Source: an uncultured virus (IMG/VR IMGVR_UViG_3300027631_000013)
Taxonomy: Duplodnaviria > Heunggongvirae > Uroviricota > Caudoviricetes
Reading direction: 5' to 3' (one strand)
Virus record (IMG/VR): IMGVR_UViG_3300027631_000013
DNA: 20,000 nt
Part shown: positions 16,301 through 20,000 of the stretch, piece after piece
How positions within the stretch are numbered: the first letter of the stretch is position 1
Layout: every line of letters starts with the position of its first letter
The notes under the pieces: generated by a model
Seen by the model: only the letters and a program-made list of their open reading frames with translations
Databases searched by the model: none
What the model was told of the DNA's origin: nothing
Translations under genes and position numbers: made by a program

Positions 16301-16984
16301 AGTGAATGTATCCATAGCTGCGTCAGGTTGGGCAATATTTGTGCCATCTGACCAATAGAAGAATGAGTTTGCAGATGGAATGTTGTCTAAGAATGCAATA
16401 GTTTTACCAACACCAGCTCCAACACCGCCCTTAAATACACTTTGACTTGAATCGTAGAAAATTACACCAGCTACATTAGTATCGGCTACACCAGCATTAA
16501 AGCCAATATAATCAGTTTCAATTCTACCTAAGAATGGATCAAACCAAATCTTAGCTGTGGTTCCAGATCCACCACCATATGTTGCAGAAGGTAAATAGTT
16601 TGTAGTACCATTCCATCCACCAATTGCTAATACTGGATTTGTAGCAGTAGTAGCATAGTTGAAGATTGTTGCTCTTATGCTTTGACCAATACCAGTGGTA
16701 TCTGGAATGGTAGGTGAGTTCCAATAGAAGTTTATTTGGGAAGCAGAATTAGCTGTTGCTCCACCAGCTCCTGGCAAAATGACAATATCTTTATTACCAC
16801 CAGAAGTTGGCCCTGCAGCTTGTGGAGCGCCAAATGCAATGAAATCATTAGTTTGTGCTTGGAAATCTTCAGTACTAGCTTGTTCAACGACCTGTTCTTC
16901 AGGCTGATCAGACAGATCTACAGCCATTAAATTTTTCTTTAATGACTCTAAAACCTTTTTTTGAAACTCTTCTTGACTTGCCAT
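13364..16984 (-). CDS. Long phage tail-fibre-like protein, 1206 aa, with nested repeats and a C-terminal KSF..HP/LEGPE domain
   Basis: SD GGAGA at 16991-16995. Fibre motifs (NLTVAGNLTIQGTTTTVDST, DDNKDRGIEF, STLVFRD, SVALGTDTTGNY x3); C-terminal TKSFDIEHPTKPGMRLVYGVLEGPEHGVYHRG...GSRLD. Confidence 0.88.
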   Translation of the reverse strand: MASQEEFQKKVLESLKKNLMAVDLSDQPEEQVVEQASTEDFQAQTNDFIAFGAPQAAGPTSGGNKDIVILPGAGGATANSASQINFYWNSPTIPDTTGIGQSIRATIFNYATTATNPVLAIGGWNGTTNYLPSATYGGGSGTTAKIWFDPFLGRIETDYIGFNAGVADTNVAGVIFYDSSQSVFKGGVGAGVGKTIAFLDNIPSANSFFYWSDGTNIAQPDAAMDTFTFVAGVGITLLVNASGDSASFGATNIPNASLTNSTTTLGSSTLTLGGTALTVTGLVTLNSTNISGTAITASNFFGPLSGTATSSQVITTNTDTTSTLYLLGSRSSTGFAGTAIFVDSGISALGNTITATTFSGNATTSTTAGSAGTSVTAGSAGTSVTAGSAGTSVTAGSAGTAVNAGSAGTSVTAGSAGTAVNAGAAGKWLASRSVTFATGDVTGSFSIDGTANVTDVALTIGANSVALGTDTTGNYAASVATSGSGISTIGAAGEGTAFTIDSNATPTNTNSTLVFRDAAGLFAAAGATFGSVQIDLVDRTVTTSTGNLILDSTGGTVNVNDNLTVAGNLTIQGTTTTVDSTVSTIVDPIITIGGAIGGTNPGTDDNKDRGIEFKYFSGTAKTGFFGFDDSTGFFTFIPDGTNSSEVFSGTVGVIDATRITGSASSWTNARTVTFATGDVTGSFSIDGSANVSNVALTIAADSVALGTDTTGNYVSNVQASGSGISIIGTAGENATLTVNSNATATNTVSTLVFRDSSGNFSAGTITANTFSGNATTATSAGSAGTSVTAGSAGTSVTAGSAGTSVSAGTAGTATNAGSAGTSVTAGSAGTAVNAGFAGAATTATNAGSAGTAVNAGSAGTATNAANTNITLDTTSTIYMTGSRSNASIGSTPVYVLSGVSALGNTITATTFSGNATTATVAGQAGKWIASRTVTFATGDVTGSFSIDGTADVSNVALTIGANSVALGTDTTGDYVANVLAGSGIATTGAATGEGTVHTVSLKNAASLTNNTVPKWVSSSTQFADSAIVDDGTTVAVSRATTVTSSALTNGTYLTITTAAGDDNSTSDFFIRGLNSSSTSKFSIDANGNLRATTKSFDIEHPTKPGMRLVYGVLEGPEHGVYHRGTVEGKGKIVVELPEYWHLLAGSNYSIQLTSWGNYNAHIVEKTENNFTIQLTGDPLTRLWKTIKVDYIIHGSRLDAPLVIEQK
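14063..15703 (-). repeat. Three dispersed copies of a 48-aa module W..(S/A)R(S/T)VTFATGDVTGSFSIDG.A.V..VALTI.A.SVALGTDTTG.Y
   Basis: Copies at 15560-15703, 14846-14989 and 14063-14206, each 144 nt, nearly identical in amino acids with many synonymous differences. Confidence 0.9.
14396..14647 (-). repeat. Tandem 27-nt/9-aa array 2: nine AGSAGT(SVT/AVN/ATN)-type units plus one 3-aa insert
   Basis: AGSAGTSVT AGSAGTSVT AGSAGTSVS AGTAGTATN AGSAGTSVT AGSAGTAVN AGFAGAATT ATN AGSAGTAVN AGSAGTATN (84 aa). Confidence 0.92.
15707..15883 (-). repeat. Tandem 27-nt/9-aa array 1: six AGSAGT(SVT/AVN) units followed by AGAAG
   Basis: AGSAGTSVT x3, AGSAGTAVN, AGSAGTSVT, AGSAGTAVN, AGAAG; third codon positions vary between units. 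Confidence 0.92.
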
Positions 16985-16990
16985 ATTCGT

Positions 16991-17010
16991 TCTCCAAATA
17001 AATATTTATT
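16991..17010 (-). promoter_or_regulatory. Candidate late promoter AATAAATA (17003-17010) inside a 14-bp perfect palindrome, followed by SD GGAGA (16991-16995)
   Basis: Minus strand reads ...cgtAATAAATATTTATTtGGAGAacgaatATG; aataaatatttatt (16997-17010) is its own reverse complement. Confidence 0.55.
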
Positions 17011-17044
17011 ACGTGTTTATTTCTTGTATTTAAACTTTGATTCC

Positions 17045-17818
17045 TTACTTTTTTGATTGCACAACTTCTATTTTTGTATCTTTTCTTTCACCAACAACAA
17101 AATAATCAAAAGAAATAGTTGAATTATCAATTTCTCCTATTTTGGTCACCGTAAAATAATCTGCAAGTTGATTTTTAATAAATAAATTATAATTTCCACG
17201 AGAAGTTAAATGAATTGTATAGTTGTCTTCTACTAAGTAAGGCCAATAATCAGGTAAAAATACATGTACATCACCAATTCCAGATGCTGTACCCCTTTGA
17301 TAAGCTCCGTGTTCTGGCCCTTCTAAAGATCCATGTTCTAGTATTTTGTTTTTTGGGTCCATTGGGTGTGGAATTTTAAAGCTTTTTGTTAATGCTTTAA
17401 AACTACCAGCCACTTGAACCATAGTGCCAGATTGTGTGATGAGTGAATCGCTAATTGTGTTATCATCTTGGAATAAAGCAATGGTTCCAGTACTACCGGA
17501 ACCAGAAATCATTGCAGACCCAGTAGTATCAAAATTAATGATTCCAGAACTATATGTAATTGTAATTCCAGAACCAGAAGTAAGAGCTTTATATTCGAGT
17601 GTAGTACCAGCACCAACTACACCAAGAAGAGAATTACCAGAACCAACAGAAGATAAACCAGTACCGCCATTTAAAGTTTGAAGAGTACCGTTTACTTGTG
17701 ATTCTAGTTGAATTTTAGTTGTAGATTTCCACGCAGTACCGTCCCATGTCCAAGTTTTACCATTGGCTATGTATGTACTTCCTATACTAGGTGATGATGG
17801 AAAATTGAGTGCTGCCAT
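17045..17818 (-). CDS. Short phage fibre-like protein, 257 aa, with N-terminal LNFPSSP..TWTWDGTAW motif and C-terminal KSF..HP/LEGPE domain
   Basis: Trp-rich N-terminal motif of a type I recall from phage fibre N-termini; NGGTG and LTSGSGITIT shaft motifs; TKSFKIPHP..LEHGSLEGPEHGAYQRG..LPDYW..GERKD. Confidence 0.8.
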   Translation of the reverse strand: MAALNFPSSPSIGSTYIANGKTWTWDGTAWKSTTKIQLESQVNGTLQTLNGGTGLSSVGSGNSLLGVVGAGTTLEYKALTSGSGITITYSSGIINFDTTGSAMISGSGSTGTIALFQDDNTISDSLITQSGTMVQVAGSFKALTKSFKIPHPMDPKNKILEHGSLEGPEHGAYQRGTASGIGDVHVFLPDYWPYLVEDNYTIHLTSRGNYNLFIKNQLADYFTVTKIGEIDNSTISFDYFVVGERKDTKIEVVQSKK

Positions 17819-17880
17819 AAATTACTCTGAAATTAAGGGGAAATCCATTTTCTTATTCTTATAAAAATACAAAATATCTT

Positions 17881-19425
17881 TTAATTTGAATCTCTTCTTC
17901 GTAGTTCTGTATCTTTAACTGCTAAAAACCAACCCCTTCTTGCGGTAGCATCTACTGTGCTATAATTAATTTTTAAACCAGGATAAGAATCGAAATTATT
18001 TACCACACCTTTTACTACAGTAGAAATACCAGCAGTGACACCATATTTAACTATTTTTATGGCACTTTCACTTACAGATGAAGCTATTTTTGTTGGAGAT
18101 GATAAGTGAGAAGATCCTATAGTTACAGAAAATTGTTGGTATGGTCTGAAAGAAAAATTATCAGATGACAAAGTGATAGAAGAATTTTGCTTTAAAAATA
18201 AACTTGTAGAATTGACAACTTCTGAAATCACACCTACTTGACTATTTGTGCTACTTAAAATTACATCTCCAATATTAAATCTGGAAAAACCTGTTCCTGA
18301 ACCTGTTACTGAAGTTGTTCCACTTGAAACGCTAATGGTTCCAGAACCATAATTATTTTTAGAAGATAATGATTTCACTGCAAAAGTTGTGAAGCCTGTA
18401 GAATCATTTGAACTCACCAACGAATTTACGGTTGTTACACTACCCAATGCACCAACGATCAAGCTAGGAATCCATGTAGTTGTTGCAATAGCTGAAATAC
18501 CTGTTGATGTAGATGATGTAAAGTTTTGTAATTGAAATGCATCTGCTACTGGACCTTTTAAAGCCAAGTAAAGCAAACCATTTGTAGTACCATTGGTAAA
18601 TGTTGATCTAGACGTAATTGTAAAACCATCATTATTGAAAGCAGTAAGCTCTGCAGACAAAAGAGCATTTTGACCTGCTCCATACATTACAAAACATCTA
18701 TTGTCTGCAATATATTGTTCAACACTTGTTACAATTCCAGCAACGCCGCCGCCATTACTACGCATTCTATAAAAGGCAGCGCTATTTTTAATTCCTCCAT
18801 ATTTTGTAGCACAGCCAAAGATTAATCTACCATCTGCGTCTCCGCCCGTAAACCCAAAACCTGAACCCATTGTAAATACTACATCAGGAGAATAACTCAA
18901 ACCTGTGGCAGAAGCAGTTCCATTTAAAGTTGTTGAAAGTGGTAAAAGACCTATGTTTGCTTGAATGTCATCTCCACTGAAAAATATAAAAATTAAATCT
19001 AAATATGCTGTTGCTGTGTTAGTCCATACAAGATTGACTGTTAGCTTGTCTACACCCGCAGATAATATATTGCATTGTCGAATTACTGATCTATCTGTTC
19101 TATTTTCATATGCTATTCTGTTGCTAACTATAGAGCCTGAAACTGCCTTTCTCTGCGTACCACCTACTGCTGCTTGATGTGAAAAACCAATTCCGCAATT
19201 GTATGCTGTTAAAACTGAAGGATCTGCATATGAATTGCCAATAAACCCTATTCCAAAAGCTCTATCAAAAGAGCTTTCGTCAAACGCATCATTATCGGCT
19301 GAACCATTTGTATATAAACATATCCCACATTTTGGAGTGCCAAATCCAGTTGGGGTTTGAATATCAAAATTATAACTGCCTGTTGTTTTAGGCTCCATCC
19401 TTTTTCTTACAATACATGTTTTCAT
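17881..19425 (-). CDS. Hypothetical beta-rich virion protein, 514 aa, with about three internal degenerate repeats
   Basis: Clean ORF 3 nt from the upstream stop. Recurrent pattern TG(F/L).(T/Y).P(K/D/S)-hydrophobic strand ... (F)..DG(F/L)T(I/V) ... (Y/F)LA(L/V)K (e.g. TGLSYSPDVVF..AFNNDGFTIT..LYLALKG; NFDSYPGLKINY..WFLAVK). Confidence 0.75.
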   Translation of the reverse strand: MKTCIVRKRMEPKTTGSYNFDIQTPTGFGTPKCGICLYTNGSADNDAFDESSFDRAFGIGFIGNSYADPSVLTAYNCGIGFSHQAAVGGTQRKAVSGSIVSNRIAYENRTDRSVIRQCNILSAGVDKLTVNLVWTNTATAYLDLIFIFFSGDDIQANIGLLPLSTTLNGTASATGLSYSPDVVFTMGSGFGFTGGDADGRLIFGCATKYGGIKNSAAFYRMRSNGGGVAGIVTSVEQYIADNRCFVMYGAGQNALLSAELTAFNNDGFTITSRSTFTNGTTNGLLYLALKGPVADAFQLQNFTSSTSTGISAIATTTWIPSLIVGALGSVTTVNSLVSSNDSTGFTTFAVKSLSSKNNYGSGTISVSSGTTSVTGSGTGFSRFNIGDVILSSTNSQVGVISEVVNSTSLFLKQNSSITLSSDNFSFRPYQQFSVTIGSSHLSSPTKIASSVSESAIKIVKYGVTAGISTVVKGVVNNFDSYPGLKINYSTVDATARRGWFLAVKDTELRRRDSN

Positions 19426-19428
19426 ATT

Positions 19429-20000
19429 TTAAATTTCTTCTAAAAGACATTGGATTATAAAATTAGCATGAGCAGAATCAACAGCAGTGTAGTTAACTCT
19501 TATTCTGTCACCAGTTGCAGCAGTTCCATGGCCTGCAGCAAAAGTTATCCATGAAGTTTCTCCAATTCCACCTATAATTGAAAGATCTGCAGACATTACA
19601 TTAGTGGTACTCGCAACAGCGGATAAATTAAATCCTGAATAACCTGTATGAGGCCCTACGCTTTTTTCTAACCTTATAGTGCTTGTACCAGATGATGTAA
19701 CCCCTACTCCTAAAATAACTTCTCTTATATTATAATTTGTATTAGCTAAGTTTTTGCCTTCTGGTACTCTCAGAACATTGTAATCAGTGCCAATACCAAC
19801 AGGCGTAAAGCCAGATGCTAAAGTTAATACAACAGGCCTATTGTTATTGACAGTGATTGAACCGTTTCCGTTGACTACACTAATTCCAACACCAGCAGTT
19901 AAATTAGCTTTGGTCAATCCACTTGTAGAGCTATTACCGATTAATAATTGTCCATTTGTGTAAGATTGTTGTCCTGTCCCACCATAATAAGCAGTAACAG
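19429..20000 (-). CDS. C-terminal fragment of another fibre protein; starts beyond the right edge (the track's TTG start at 19917 is internal)
   Basis: The frame stays open to the edge: VTAYYGGTGQQSYTNGQLLIGNSSTSGLTKANLTAGVGISVVNGNGSITV. This matches LYGGTGQTSYTDGQLLIGSSTGGTLIKSTLTAGSGISITNASGSITV in the 1-2538 gene. Ends in a ~135-aa beta-sandwich-like head. Confidence 0.8.
   Translation of the reverse strand, partial: VTAYYGGTGQQSYTNGQLLIGNSSTSGLTKANLTAGVGISVVNGNGSITVNNNRPVVLTLASGFTPVGIGTDYNVLRVPEGKNLANTNYNIREVILGVGVTSSGTSTIRLEKSVGPHTGYSGFNLSAVASTTNVMSADLSIIGGIGETSWITFAAGHGTAATGDRIRVNYTAVDSAHANFIIQCLLEEI

Noticed and set aside
14355..16358. Long plus-strand ORFs (164, 232, 261 aa) with PAEPAVTEV repeats, plus similar ones at 1469-1771, 2108-2437, 12450-12839 and 17424-17681
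   Set aside because: Antisense shadows. In this offset frame a stop needs a sense Tyr/His/Gln codon preceded by a pyrimidine, which is rare in G/A/S/T-rich fibre shafts. Their repeats simply mirror the sense repeats.
2539..17880. Rho-independent terminators, tRNAs or other RNA genes in the three intergenic gaps
   Set aside because: Gaps are only 60-87 nt and AT-rich, with no GC-rich stem plus U-tract and no cloverleaf.
2790..19177. Other short ORFs in the track (2790, 2984, 4897, 5771, 7220, 8194, 10452, 13522, 15025, 15376, 15646, 16736, 18965)
   Set aside because: All overlap well-supported longer genes on the opposite strand or in another frame, with no recognisable motifs.
19915..19917. 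TTG start of a 162-aa protein
   Set aside because: The frame is open to the window edge and the TTG lies in the middle of a motif that is contiguous in the 1-2538 gene.
1..20000. Cellular adhesin/S-layer locus or eukaryotic virus origin
   Set aside because: No signal peptides or secretion/anchoring signals are evident at the termini, while SD motifs and overlapping stop-start codons indicate bacterial-type translation. A phage origin fits best, although no hallmark capsid, terminase or baseplate gene lies in the window.

Overview
AT-rich, very densely coded, entirely minus-strand cluster of 12 CDSs, two of them cut by the window edges. It looks like the virion-appendage (tail fibre / receptor-binding / decoration) region of a large bacteriophage. 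Support comes from Shine-Dalgarno motifs, TAATG overlaps, standard genetic code and T4-late-like AATAAATA boxes. Order of transcription (right to left): C-terminal end of a fibre protein; 514-aa beta-rich protein; 257-aa short fibre; 1206-aa long fibre with nested repeats; 85-aa small protein; 372-aa fibre; 2xLamG protein; two paralogous beta-helix proteins; 186-aa putative adaptor; two 3xLamG proteins; a >846-aa fibre missing from the ORF track. No enzyme, mobile-element, RNA or CRISPR feature is evident. Most interesting signals: (i) a translationally coupled 'payload + adaptor' cassette whose members carry short conserved terminal peptides, possibly a docking code for a branched adhesion apparatus; (ii) a KSF-x-I-x-HP...LEGPE...RG...RxD domain at the C-terminus of three fibres, a candidate non-S74 intramolecular chaperone; (iii) a 9-aa AGSAGTSVT array present as 6 units versus 0 units in two otherwise colinear duplicated segments of the long fibre. 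Functional calls rest on motif recognition by eye; no searches were run.
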